A stretch of DNA of 39,722 nucleotides, taken from the sequence record SRR20825006_805, one strand, 5' to 3'. The translations under genes and the position numbers were made by a program. The number at the start of each line of letters is the position of its first letter. Positions within the stretch are counted from its first letter, which is position 1. The notes under the pieces were generated by a model. It was not told the DNA's origin. It saw only the letters and a program-made list of their open reading frames with translations, and did no database searches. Below are positions 29,491 to 37,768 of the stretch, piece by piece.

Positions 29491-32037
29491 ATGAGTTCTG
29501 AGACGCACGAACGATTCGAAGATGCAAACGAGCAAGATGCTCTCGAGGGGAAGCGTGAGGATGGCATGGGGACGGATGGCGAGGTGTCCTCCGAGTTCCG
29601 CGTCAAACCTGGCACCCAGGGCGAACACCCCGAGTTCGAGTCCGATTTGTTCGAGCTCGAGATGCTCTCGCCGCCAGCCTCATCTTCATCCTCATCCTCG
29701 GATTCTGACGACCAGTCCGCGTCGCAAATCCTCGAAGAGGTGGTCTTGCCTGCTCCGGAAGGGAGCGATGGCGCGATCGAGACCTCGGAACCGATCGAGC
29801 CTTTTCAGCAGCTCCACGAGGAGTTCGGTTTTGATGGCGGCCTGAGCTCCAACGTTCGCAGCGAGGCGCTCGAAGAGGACGAGACCGACCCGGCGGCTTA
29901 CTTGCTCGGCTTGCTCGGTGAGGCGAGGCACAAGACTTCTGTCCCGCTCTCGCCGATCGCGAGCGAAGAGCTCGACGTGTTCGATTACTACATCAACCGC
30001 GAGCTCTCCTGGCTCGAGTTCAACGCGCGGGTGCTCGCTCAGGCCACCGACGAGAGCATCCCGGCGCTCGAGCGCCTCAAGTTCCTGTGTATCTCGAGCA
30101 CGAACCTCGACGAGTTCTTCGAGGTTCGCGTCGCCAGGTTGATGCAACACATTCGCCTGGACTCTCCGAGGATCGGCCCCGATGGGCTGACGCCACAGGA
30201 GCAGCTCGAGCGCATCTACGAGTTCACGCATCGTTTCGTGGACGAGCAGTACAAGATCCTCAATGACGTGCTCTTGCCAAAGCTCGCCGAAGAAGGCATC
30301 CGCTTCGTGCGCCGCACCGAGTGGAACGAGGCGCAGGCTGAATGGGTCGCAGAATACTTCCGTCAGGAGGTCCTACCCGTGCTCAGTCCGTTGGGGTTAG
30401 ATCCTGCGCACCCGTTCCCACGCATCCTCAACAAGAGCCTGAACTTTATCGTGTCGCTGTCTGGCGAGGACGCCTTCGGGCGCGCGAGCGGCATCGCCGT
30501 GGTGCAAGCGCCGCGCTCGCTCCCCAGGCTCATCAAGATGTCTCCTGATGTCATCGAGGGGCCGAACAATTTCGTGTTCCTCTCCTCGATCATCCACGCC
30601 CACGTGAACTCGCTCTTCCCGGGCATGACCGTCAATGGGTGTTATCAGTTCCGCGTGACGCGTAACGCCGAGTTGTTCGTGGACGAGGAGGACGTCGAGG
30701 ATCTGATGATCGCGCTCGAGGACGAGCTCTACGGTCGTCACTACGGCGCAGCGGTACGACTCGAGGTCGCGGATAACTGTCCGATGAGCGCCGCGAGGTT
30801 CCTGCTCGATCAGTTCGAACTCACCGAGGACAACCTCTATCAGGTCAACGGCCCGGTGAATCTGAACCGCCTGATGATGATTCCGAGCGAGGTGGACAGG
30901 CCAGATCTCAAGTTCCCTTCGTTTGTGCCACGCGTGGTGCATAGCTCGGATCGTGGAAAGGGGGACATCTTCGACCGGTTGCGCGAGGAGGATATCTTCC
31001 TCCACCACCCGTTCGAGTCCTTCTCCACGGTGATCGATTTCATCCGCCAGGCTTCGCAAGATCCTGACGTGCTCGCCATCAAGCAGACGGTGTATCGCAC
31101 GATGAGCGATTCTGCGATCGTGGATGCGTTGGTCGAGGCGGCGCGCAGCGGCAAGGAGGTCACCGCAGTGATCGAGCTGCGGGCGCGCTTTGACGAGGAG
31201 CGAAACATCCAGATCGCGAGCCGTTTGCAAGAGGCAGGCGCGCACGTGGTGTATGGCGTCGTCGGGTACAAGACACACGCCAAGATGTTGCTCGTGGTGC
31301 GCCGCGAGAGCGGCGGGCTAAAGCGTTACGTCCACCTCGGGACGGGCAATTATCACCCGCGCACCACGAAGCTCTACACGGACTTCGGGCTCCTCACTGG
31401 CGATGATGATCTCGGTGAGGATGTCCACAAGATGTTCCAGCAGCTCACGGGCTTGGGTAAGGTGCTCGAGCTCAAGAAGGCGTTGCAGTCGCCGTTCTCG
31501 TTGCACAGCGCGTTGCTCGCCAAGATCGATCGCGAGGCGAGGTTTGCCAGAGCTGGACGGTCCGCTTACATCGTCGCCAAGATGAACTCCTTGACCGAGG
31601 TCGAGGTGATCAAGGCGCTGTATATGGCGAGTCGCGCGGGCGTCAAAATCGATCTTATCATTCGCGGCATCTGCCGCCTGCGCCCTGGGATTCCCGGCAT
31701 CTCCGATAATATTCGGGTGCGCTCGATCGTAGGTCGTTTCCTCGAGCACCCGCGCGTCTACAGTTTCTACAACGATGGCGATCCCGAGCTTTACTGCTCG
31801 AGCGCCGACTGGATGACGCGCAACCTCGTGCGGCGCGTCGAGGCGGCCTTCCCGATCGAAGCGGCGCATCTGAAGCGACGTGTGATCCGCGAGGGCTTCG
31901 AGGTCTACCTTTTGGATAATCAGCAAGCCTGGGAGCTCAACGCCGACGCGACTTACACACGCGTCGAGCGCGCGCCGGGCGAGCCTGCGCGAAGCGCGCA
32001 GGGGATGTTGCTCGCAGAACTCACGGAAGGAGCTTGA
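29491..32037 (+). CDS. ppk1: polyphosphate kinase 1 with a long acidic N-terminal extension
   Basis: YINRELSWLEFNARVL, NLDEFFEVRVA, HHPFESF, ELRARFDEERNI, KTHAK, GTGNY, GRFLEH and SSADWMTRN. Confidence 0.95.
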   Translation: MSSETHERFEDANEQDALEGKREDGMGTDGEVSSEFRVKPGTQGEHPEFESDLFELEMLSPPASSSSSSSDSDDQSASQILEEVVLPAPEGSDGAIETSEPIEPFQQLHEEFGFDGGLSSNVRSEALEEDETDPAAYLLGLLGEARHKTSVPLSPIASEELDVFDYYINRELSWLEFNARVLAQATDESIPALERLKFLCISSTNLDEFFEVRVARLMQHIRLDSPRIGPDGLTPQEQLERIYEFTHRFVDEQYKILNDVLLPKLAEEGIRFVRRTEWNEAQAEWVAEYFRQEVLPVLSPLGLDPAHPFPRILNKSLNFIVSLSGEDAFGRASGIAVVQAPRSLPRLIKMSPDVIEGPNNFVFLSSIIHAHVNSLFPGMTVNGCYQFRVTRNAELFVDEEDVEDLMIALEDELYGRHYGAAVRLEVADNCPMSAARFLLDQFELTEDNLYQVNGPVNLNRLMMIPSEVDRPDLKFPSFVPRVVHSSDRGKGDIFDRLREEDIFLHHPFESFSTVIDFIRQASQDPDVLAIKQTVYRTMSDSAIVDALVEAARSGKEVTAVIELRARFDEERNIQIASRLQEAGAHVVYGVVGYKTHAKMLLVVRRESGGLKRYVHLGTGNYHPRTTKLYTDFGLLTGDDDLGEDVHKMFQQLTGLGKVLELKKALQSPFSLHSALLAKIDREARFARAGRSAYIVAKMNSLTEVEVIKALYMASRAGVKIDLIIRGICRLRPGIPGISDNIRVRSIVGRFLEHPRVYSFYNDGDPELYCSSADWMTRNLVRRVEAAFPIEAAHLKRRVIREGFEVYLLDNQQAWELNADATYTRVERAPGEPARSAQGMLLAELTEGA

Positions 32038-32258
32038 CGCCATTGGAACTCGAGCTAACAGTCAACGGCGAAGCGCGCCATGTGGCGCGAGAAGATGCGG
32101 CGAGCGTCGAGGCACTGCTTCACGCTCTCGCCGTCACACAACGCCGCGGAGTCGCCGTGGCGGTCAATGACGCCGTGATCCCGAAGAGCCGCTGGGCCGA
32201 ACATGCCCTCGAGGATGGGGACCGCGTCGAGATCATCCAGGCGACCCAGGGAGGGTAG
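32034..32258 (+). CDS. thiS: sulfur carrier protein ThiS
   Basis: VNGE, VAVAVN and [10 protein letters not shown] with C-terminal GG, upstream of thiG. Start is TTG 32034 or 32043. Confidence 0.9.
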   Translation: MTPLELELTVNGEARHVAREDAASVEALLHALAVTQRRGVAVAVNDAVIPKSRWAEHALEDGDRVEIIQATQGG

Positions 32259-32311
32259 GGCGGCGTCGCTCTGAAACCCTCGATTTTCTGCAAAACAACA
32301 AGGAGCCATCC

Positions 32312-33103
32312 ATGAGCGTGTCTGGTGATGCACCGCTCGAAATCGGGCCTTACACCTTCTCGAGTCGACTTATCCTCGGCACGGCGCGCTATCCCAATTA
32401 CCAGGTGATGCTCGATGCGTTGCGCGCCTCGGGGACCGAGTTGGTGACCGTAGCGCTGCGCCGTCTCGATGTTCAGTCTTCGCAGGATGGTGGCATCCTC
32501 GAGCTGCTCGCCGAGGAAGGCTACGCGATCCTGCCAAACACCGCGGGTTGCTTTACCGCCAAGGATGCGATCCTCACCGCACAGCTCGCGCGCGAGGCGC
32601 TCGAGACGGACCTCCTCAAGCTCGAGGTCATCGGTGATGATGACACCCAGCTCCCCGATGGAGAGGAGCTGCTCAAGGCCGCCAGAGCCCTGGTCGCGGA
32701 TGGCTTCCACGTGATGGCTTATAGCAACGATGATCCGATCCTGTGCCGCAAGTTACAGGACTGCGGATGCGCGGCGGTGATGCCGCTCGGCTCGCCGATC
32801 GGCTCGGGGATGGGGATTCGCAACCCATACAACTTCCAGATCATTCGCGAGCAGCTCGAGGTTCCAATGCTCGTGGACGCTGGCGTGGGGACCGCCTCGG
32901 ACGCGGCGCTCGCGATGGAGCTCGGGTGTGACGGCGTATTGTTGAACACAGCCATCTCGGGCGCTCAACGCCCGGTGCTCATGGCCTCTTCGTTCAAGCA
33001 CGCTGTCTTTGCTGGGCGCGCCTCGTTCCTGGCAGGGCGCATCCCCAAGCGACTCTACGCCAACCCCTCTTCACCGCTCGAAGGACGCATCGAGACGGCT
33101 TGA
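32312..33103 (+). CDS. thiG: thiazole synthase
   Basis: [35 protein letters not shown] and [10 protein letters not shown]. Confidence 0.95.
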   Translation: MSVSGDAPLEIGPYTFSSRLILGTARYPNYQVMLDALRASGTELVTVALRRLDVQSSQDGGILELLAEEGYAILPNTAGCFTAKDAILTAQLAREALETDLLKLEVIGDDDTQLPDGEELLKAARALVADGFHVMAYSNDDPILCRKLQDCGCAAVMPLGSPIGSGMGIRNPYNFQIIREQLEVPMLVDAGVGTASDAALAMELGCDGVLLNTAISGAQRPVLMASSFKHAVFAGRASFLAGRIPKRLYANPSSPLEGRIETA

Positions 33104-33120
33104 GGTGAGCTTACAAACAG

Positions 33121-33177
33121 AGCGGCGAGGCGCGGCGAGAAACGATGTTTCTCGCCGCGCCTCGCCGCTTATTTTTT
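33121..33177 (+). terminator. perfect 23-bp hairpin with a U-rich tail, containing two interleaved GGCGAG-N21-CTCGCC copies
   Basis: AGCGGCGAGGCGCGGCGAGAAAC-GAT-GTTTCTCGCCGCGCCTCGCCGCT followed by TATTTTTT. Confidence 0.75.
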
Positions 33178-33196
33178 ACACTCGTGAGAAGAAAAG

Positions 33197-33817
33197 ATGA
33201 AACTCCCAAGGTTGATGATCGTGCTCGATGGGTCGGTTTGTGAAGACGTGCTGCATGTCGCGCGCGAGGCGTGCGCTGCGGGTGGGCGTTTTTTCCAGTG
33301 GAGGCACAAGCAGGCGACGCCTCGCGAGTTCTACGAGACGGGCCGAACGCTCGCCATGATCGTCGCCTCTTACAATGGTGTCCTGGTGATCAATGATAGG
33401 CTAGATGTGGCGCGCGCGCTGGCCGCACAGGGCGTGCATTTGCCTGCCAACGGGCTCCCGCTGCGCGCGGTTCGTTCGACAGTGGGTCGAGATCGCGTCG
33501 TGGGGGTAAGTTGTCATGATGATGATGAGGTCGTCGGCACCAGGGGAGATGCGTCTTATATCACGTATAGCCCGGTGTTCGAGCCGAACTCGCCAAAGCC
33601 CGAGGATGCTGTGATTCAGGCGGTGGGGGTCGAGGGTTTGGCTGGCGCGGTGCGTCGAAGCGAGGCGCCTGTGTACGCGCTCGGTGGCATCACGCCAGAG
33701 CGCGTGAGCGCCTGCTTGGAGGCAGGCGCTCACGGTGTCGCGGTGCTCGGCGGTATCAACCTTGCCGAGGACCCTTTCGAGGCGACGCTCGCTTATCTGG
33801 AGGCGCTGGACGCGTAG
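33197..33817 (+). CDS. thiE: thiamine-phosphate synthase family protein (ThiE or TenI-like)
   Basis: QWRHK, INDRLDVA, GVHL, GVSCH, SPVF and YALGGIT, located next to thiS-thiG. Confidence 0.75.
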   Translation: MKLPRLMIVLDGSVCEDVLHVAREACAAGGRFFQWRHKQATPREFYETGRTLAMIVASYNGVLVINDRLDVARALAAQGVHLPANGLPLRAVRSTVGRDRVVGVSCHDDDEVVGTRGDASYITYSPVFEPNSPKPEDAVIQAVGVEGLAGAVRRSEAPVYALGGITPERVSACLEAGAHGVAVLGGINLAEDPFEATLAYLEALDA

Positions 33818-33846
33818 CGCGCTGGCATCATCCATTGTGCGTGTGT

Positions 33847-33868
33847 CTGTCAGGTAATGACCTGACAG
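33847..33868. terminator. 9-bp hairpin between convergent genes
   Basis: CTGTCAGGT-AATG-ACCTGACAG with no strong U-tract. Confidence 0.4.
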
Positions 33869-33869
33869 C

Positions 33870-34127
33870 TCACTTGCCCATGCCTGGACCGCCGCCCATG
33901 GCGCCGCGTCCGCCGACGCCGCGGGCACCCTGCCCGAAGCCGCCGCCGCTGTAGAAGATGAAGAAGTGGCCGCCATGACGTACGCTGTGGCCACGTTGTT
34001 CCTCGGGCTTTGGCGCGTCGGCGCCAGCGCCGTAAGCGCTGGCAGCGAAGCTCCCGATGAACAAAAAGATGGCAAGCGCGCACATCCCGATGACGAAGCT
34101 CTTATGTTCGGACATCAGCTCGCTCAT
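33870..34127 (-). CDS. small membrane protein with a Gly-rich tail ending GK
   Basis: One TM helix and C-terminus GGRGAMGGGPGMGK; GAGGAG ribosome-binding site at the end of the upstream gene. Confidence 0.7.
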   Translation of the reverse strand: MSELMSEHKSFVIGMCALAIFLFIGSFAASAYGAGADAPKPEEQRGHSVRHGGHFFIFYSGGGFGQGARGVGGRGAMGGGPGMGK

Positions 34128-34130
34128 AAC

Positions 34131-34562
34131 TTAGGACTCCTCTCTGTTTTCGGGGCGTTCGCCCCAAATATATTCGTCTTGATCGCTGTAACACGTGTTG
34201 TCGAAGGTCGGGATATCATCCTCGTTATCCGTCACGGTGACGGGGAATGTCGCCCTTCGATAACCTTCGGTCTCGTAGGAGATGTAAACCTCTAGAGTGA
34301 TCGTGGCGTCTCCTGGCGAGAGGCTGCGGATCTGAAAGTTCTGGAGGCTCGAATCTCCGATTTCGATGATCCCTGGTGCGCTGCTCGTGACGCTGATCAG
34401 GCGTGTGGGTTCGGGGCTGTCGGACTCGATGATCGGAGTCCATGTTTGCTCGACCCCTGTGGGCATGATCCGCTGACATCCCGCCAGCGAGACCCACTCG
34501 AGGTTCCCGCAACCCGCCGCACACAGAAAGAGCGGCGCCACGATGTACAGACGCTTCTTCAC
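34131..34562 (-). CDS. putative lipoprotein with an Ig-like domain
   Basis: MKKRLYIVAPLFLCAAG-C lipobox; VTSSAPGII...SPGDATITL resembles a bacterial Ig-like fold; GTGA overlap with the upstream stop. Confidence 0.65.
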   Translation of the reverse strand: MKKRLYIVAPLFLCAAGCGNLEWVSLAGCQRIMPTGVEQTWTPIIESDSPEPTRLISVTSSAPGIIEIGDSSLQNFQIRSLSPGDATITLEVYISYETEGYRRATFPVTVTDNEDDIPTFDNTCYSDQDEYIWGERPENREES

Positions 34563-35377
34563 CCTTTGTCCTCAGGATCCCTGCCCGCGGCCTGATCGGT
34601 CAGGTCGTAGGTTTGCCCCTGCGTATCATCGCTCCGGTATGCCGTGGGGCCGGTGGGGCCGCTCGGCGTGTAGTCGGTCGCCGCGTAAGGGTCGACGTAA
34701 CCACCCGCGCCATCGCCGCCGCTGTAGTCGTAGTAGACGGGGGTTTCGGTCTTGGAGCGCTCGCTGCGGATGTAGACGTAGCCCACAAACAGCGTCAGGA
34801 AGACGATGAACAACATCAGGAAGTAACGCGTGAGCATCACGTCCTTGGTGACCGTGACCTGGATCTTCTCGGAGCGATCGATGGTCGTGTAACCCGTGCT
34901 GTACATAGGGGCGTAAGCGCCTGATTTGGAGCCCACGCCAGCGGGGTTATCATCCTCGCCATAGATCACCACGCTGTACTTCCCCTTCGGGAGGATGAAG
35001 ACCTTGTAGTCATCCTTATCGCCTTCGGACCAGGACTCGCCGCCCTCGACGCCGTGGTAGTAAGAGAGGTCGAACTTGTAGTCGTGGACGGGGCGAGATT
35101 TCTCGTCGAGGATGAGCACCTTGACCCAGAGCCAGGACTGATTGAGCGTGAGGCCCTTGACGCGCACCATGCACACTTCGCGGCTATCGAGCTCGAAGTT
35201 TCCGACGAGCTTGTCGTCCATCGACTCGCTCTCGAACTGTGCCTCGTCATAGGTCTTGCTCCAGACCTTCGTGCCGTCGCCCATGGAGATGGCCGTCAAC
35301 ACCCCGAAGAGGAGCATCATCACGCCGAAGAAGCCGGCGTAGAATTTTTGTTTCGGTGTGCGGAACCAACTGCCCAT
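34559..35377 (-). CDS. two-TM membrane protein resembling the C-terminal part of DUF4178-associated proteins
   Basis: Two TM helices flank a domain with LNQSWLWV and YYHGVEGGESWSEG. The family resemblance is from memory and was not searched. Confidence 0.6.
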   Translation of the reverse strand: MGSWFRTPKQKFYAGFFGVMMLLFGVLTAISMGDGTKVWSKTYDEAQFESESMDDKLVGNFELDSREVCMVRVKGLTLNQSWLWVKVLILDEKSRPVHDYKFDLSYYHGVEGGESWSEGDKDDYKVFILPKGKYSVVIYGEDDNPAGVGSKSGAYAPMYSTGYTTIDRSEKIQVTVTKDVMLTRYFLMLFIVFLTLFVGYVYIRSERSKTETPVYYDYSGGDGAGGYVDPYAATDYTPSGPTGPTAYRSDDTQGQTYDLTDQAAGRDPEDKG

Positions 35378-35599
35378 CACGTCCTCACTGCAGCGATCTT
35401 GTTAACTAACAGCTGCCCTTGGCAACCTGGAGCGCGCTTCGAGTTTTATCGACTCGACGGTAAATGCTGCTCCAAACATCAGTATCAGGAAATCGAAAAG
35501 ACTCCCCTGTTTCTGTCTCGAAGAGTCAGAAAAGCGTATCAGGTCTGCCTGGTTTCAGCAATTCAGGCGCTTTTCTTTAGGCGATCGTAACACGATATG

Positions 35600-35645
35600 A
35601 AGCGGCGAGAGGGTGGAAAAGATTCCGCTCTCTCGCCGCTTTTTT
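35600..35645 (+). terminator. + strand intrinsic terminator containing one GGCGAG-N22-CTCGCC copy
   Basis: 19-bp stem whose two G-U pairs form only in + strand RNA, followed by TTTTTT. Confidence 0.7.
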
Positions 35646-35675
35646 CGGGGCCTGTCTGTTCGATGGGGTCGTGAG

Positions 35676-37526
35676 TTATTCGACCGTCACGCTCTTGGCG
35701 AGGTTGCGAGGTTGGTCGACGTCGGTCCCCTTGAAGTCAGCGATGTGGTAGGCCAGCAATTGCGCCACCACCACCGTGAGCAAGGGCTGCACGAACTCGT
35801 GCGTGTCCGGGATCTCGATCAGCACGTCCGCGAACCGCGCGACCTGCTCGTCTCCTTCGGTGACTACACCGATCACGCGCCCTCCGCGTGCCTTGACCTC
35901 TTCGAGGTTCGAGAGTGACTTCTCGTAGACGCGATCTTTGGGCGCGAGCACCACCACGGGGAGCTGCTCGTCGATCAGCGCGATCGGGCCATGCTTCATC
36001 TCGCCCGATGCGTAACCCTCCGCGTGAATGTAGCTGATCTCCTTGAGCTTGAGCGCACCCTCGCACGCGATCGGGTGCTGGACGCCTCGCCCGAGGTAGA
36101 GGAACGAGTGCGTGTCCGAGAAGTCGCGCGCCAGCTCCGCGTAGGTCGACTCTTCCTTTAAGACCTCTTCCATCGCCGTGGGGACCGCGCGCAGAGCGGC
36201 GATCAGCTCGCTCGCGGTCTTGGCGTCGAGCGTCTCGCGGCGCCTGCCAAGCCAGATGGCGATCATGGCCACCGCCGAGAGCTGCGTGGAGAATGCCTTG
36301 GTCGATGCGACGCCGATTTCAGGGCCTGCGTGGGTGTAGAAGACGCCGTCCGATTCTCTGGCGATGGTCGCCTCGACGACGTTGCAGATGCTCAGGCAGC
36401 GCGCGCCTTCTTCCTTGGCCATGCGCATCGCCGCGAGCGTGTCGGCGGTCTCGCCAGACTGGCTGATCGCCACGCACAGCGTCTTGTCTGTGATCACCGG
36501 GTCGCGGTAGCGGAACTCGCTGGCGAGGTCGCACTCGACCGGAACGCGCGCGTAACGCTCGATCATGTACTTGGCGACCTGAGATGCATAAAAGCTCGTG
36601 CCGCAGGCCACGAAGACGATCTTCTCGACGTCGCGAAGCCACGCGTCGTCGATGTCGACCTCGGAGAGGATCACGTCGTCGTGTTCTGGAGTGATTCGGC
36701 CGCGCAGGGTGTCGACGATGCGCGCGGGTTGCTCGAAGATCTCCTTGAGCATGAAGTGCTTGTAGCCTTGCTTCTCGGCCGAGATCGGGTCCCAGTTGAT
36801 GCGCTTACAATCGCGCTCGATGCTGTTGCCCTCGGCGTCGAACAGCTTGACGCCGCTGCGCTCGAGGACCGCCGTCTCGCCATCCTCAAGGAAGATGAAC
36901 TCGCGCGTGTGCTTGAGCACGGCGGGGATATCCGAGGCGGCGAACATCTCGCCATCGCCAACGCCCAGCACCATCGGCGATGCGTTGCGCGCCACGACGA
37001 GCTGATCCGGGCGATCCGTCAACATGATCACGAGCGCGTAGGAACCTCTCACCCTGGCCAGCGCGCGCTGCGTCGCGGCGTGGAGGTCGCGCTCGCCACC
37101 CTCGGCCTCGGCGTCGGCCAGCTCGCGATCGATCAGATGCGCGATGACCTCGGTGTCCGTGGCGCTCTCGAAGCTGTGGCCGAGCGCGATGAGCTCTTGC
37201 TTGAGCTCGGCGTAGTTCTCGATGATGCCGTTGTGCGCGATGATGACGCGACCGGCGCGGTGAGGGTGCGCGTTCTCTTCGGTCGGGCGTCCATGGGTGG
37301 CCCAACGAGTGTGCCCGAGGCCAACGACGCCATCGAACCCTTCCTTATCGTAGGCGCGCTCCAGGTTGCGCAGCTTGCCCTCTGCTCGCACGGTGCAGAC
37401 CTCGCCGCCCTCCACGCCGATGGCAATCCCTGCCGAGTCGTACCCCCTGTATTCGAGGCGCCTGAGGCCCTCGAGCAAGATTTCGCTGCATTCGCGAAAG
37501 CCTATATAACCGACAATTCCGCACAT
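35676..37526 (-). CDS. glmS: glutamine--fructose-6-phosphate transaminase
   Basis: MCGIVG, LEYRGYDSAG, HTRWATHG, SQSGETADT, EGALKLKEISYIHAEGY and PRNLAKSVTVE. AAGGAG ribosome-binding site. Confidence 0.97.
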   Translation of the reverse strand: MCGIVGYIGFRECSEILLEGLRRLEYRGYDSAGIAIGVEGGEVCTVRAEGKLRNLERAYDKEGFDGVVGLGHTRWATHGRPTEENAHPHRAGRVIIAHNGIIENYAELKQELIALGHSFESATDTEVIAHLIDRELADAEAEGGERDLHAATQRALARVRGSYALVIMLTDRPDQLVVARNASPMVLGVGDGEMFAASDIPAVLKHTREFIFLEDGETAVLERSGVKLFDAEGNSIERDCKRINWDPISAEKQGYKHFMLKEIFEQPARIVDTLRGRITPEHDDVILSEVDIDDAWLRDVEKIVFVACGTSFYASQVAKYMIERYARVPVECDLASEFRYRDPVITDKTLCVAISQSGETADTLAAMRMAKEEGARCLSICNVVEATIARESDGVFYTHAGPEIGVASTKAFSTQLSAVAMIAIWLGRRRETLDAKTASELIAALRAVPTAMEEVLKEESTYAELARDFSDTHSFLYLGRGVQHPIACEGALKLKEISYIHAEGYASGEMKHGPIALIDEQLPVVVLAPKDRVYEKSLSNLEEVKARGGRVIGVVTEGDEQVARFADVLIEIPDTHEFVQPLLTVVVAQLLAYHIADFKGTDVDQPRNLAKSVTVE

Positions 37527-37768
37527 GTCTGGATCACTCCTTGTCTGGGATGCCCACCGATCGTGGTGGCAGCATCTGTCTTCTTCATCCTTCTTAACAC
37601 GGCTTGTGTGAAAACCACAAAGCCGCGGCGTGCGGCGAGAAAGCCCCTGCTCCTATCTCCCCTCGCCGCGGCTTTCGCACTTGACCTGTTGGCAAGTCGC
37701 CGCACATTTTCTGCTGCTGTCATCTCGAACAGCAGACCTCGCCATAGACTCGATCACGGACCTGAAAC

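Larger units (their letters stand above)
3110..37667. repeat. dispersed gapped palindrome family GGCGAG-N21/22-CTCGCC (23 copies)
   Basis: Copies as core start-end with spacer: 3110-3142 N21; 3197-3230 N22; 4893-4926 N22; 5721-5753 N21; 7290-7322 N21; 7648-7681 N22; 10271-10303 N21; 13180-13213 N22; 14599-14632 N22; 20938-20970 N21; 22414-22446 N21; 22621-22653 N21; 23699-23732 N22; 25421-25453 N21; 26133-26165 N21; 27842-27874 N21; 29095-29127 N21; 29922-29954 N21; 32099-32132 N22; 33124-33156 N21; 33134-33166 N21; 35604-35637 N22; 37634-37667 N22. Confidence 0.9.

Noticed and set aside
3110-37667. Reading the GGCGAG/CTCGCC copies as a CRISPR array or a protein motif
   Set aside because: Copies are dispersed inverted pairs rather than tandem direct repeats, no cas genes are present, and they occur in all frames and in intergenic DNA.
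37527-37768. glmS ribozyme upstream of glmS
   Set aside because: No AGCGCC...GACGAGG core on the - strand; the hairpin there is a copy of the gapped palindrome.
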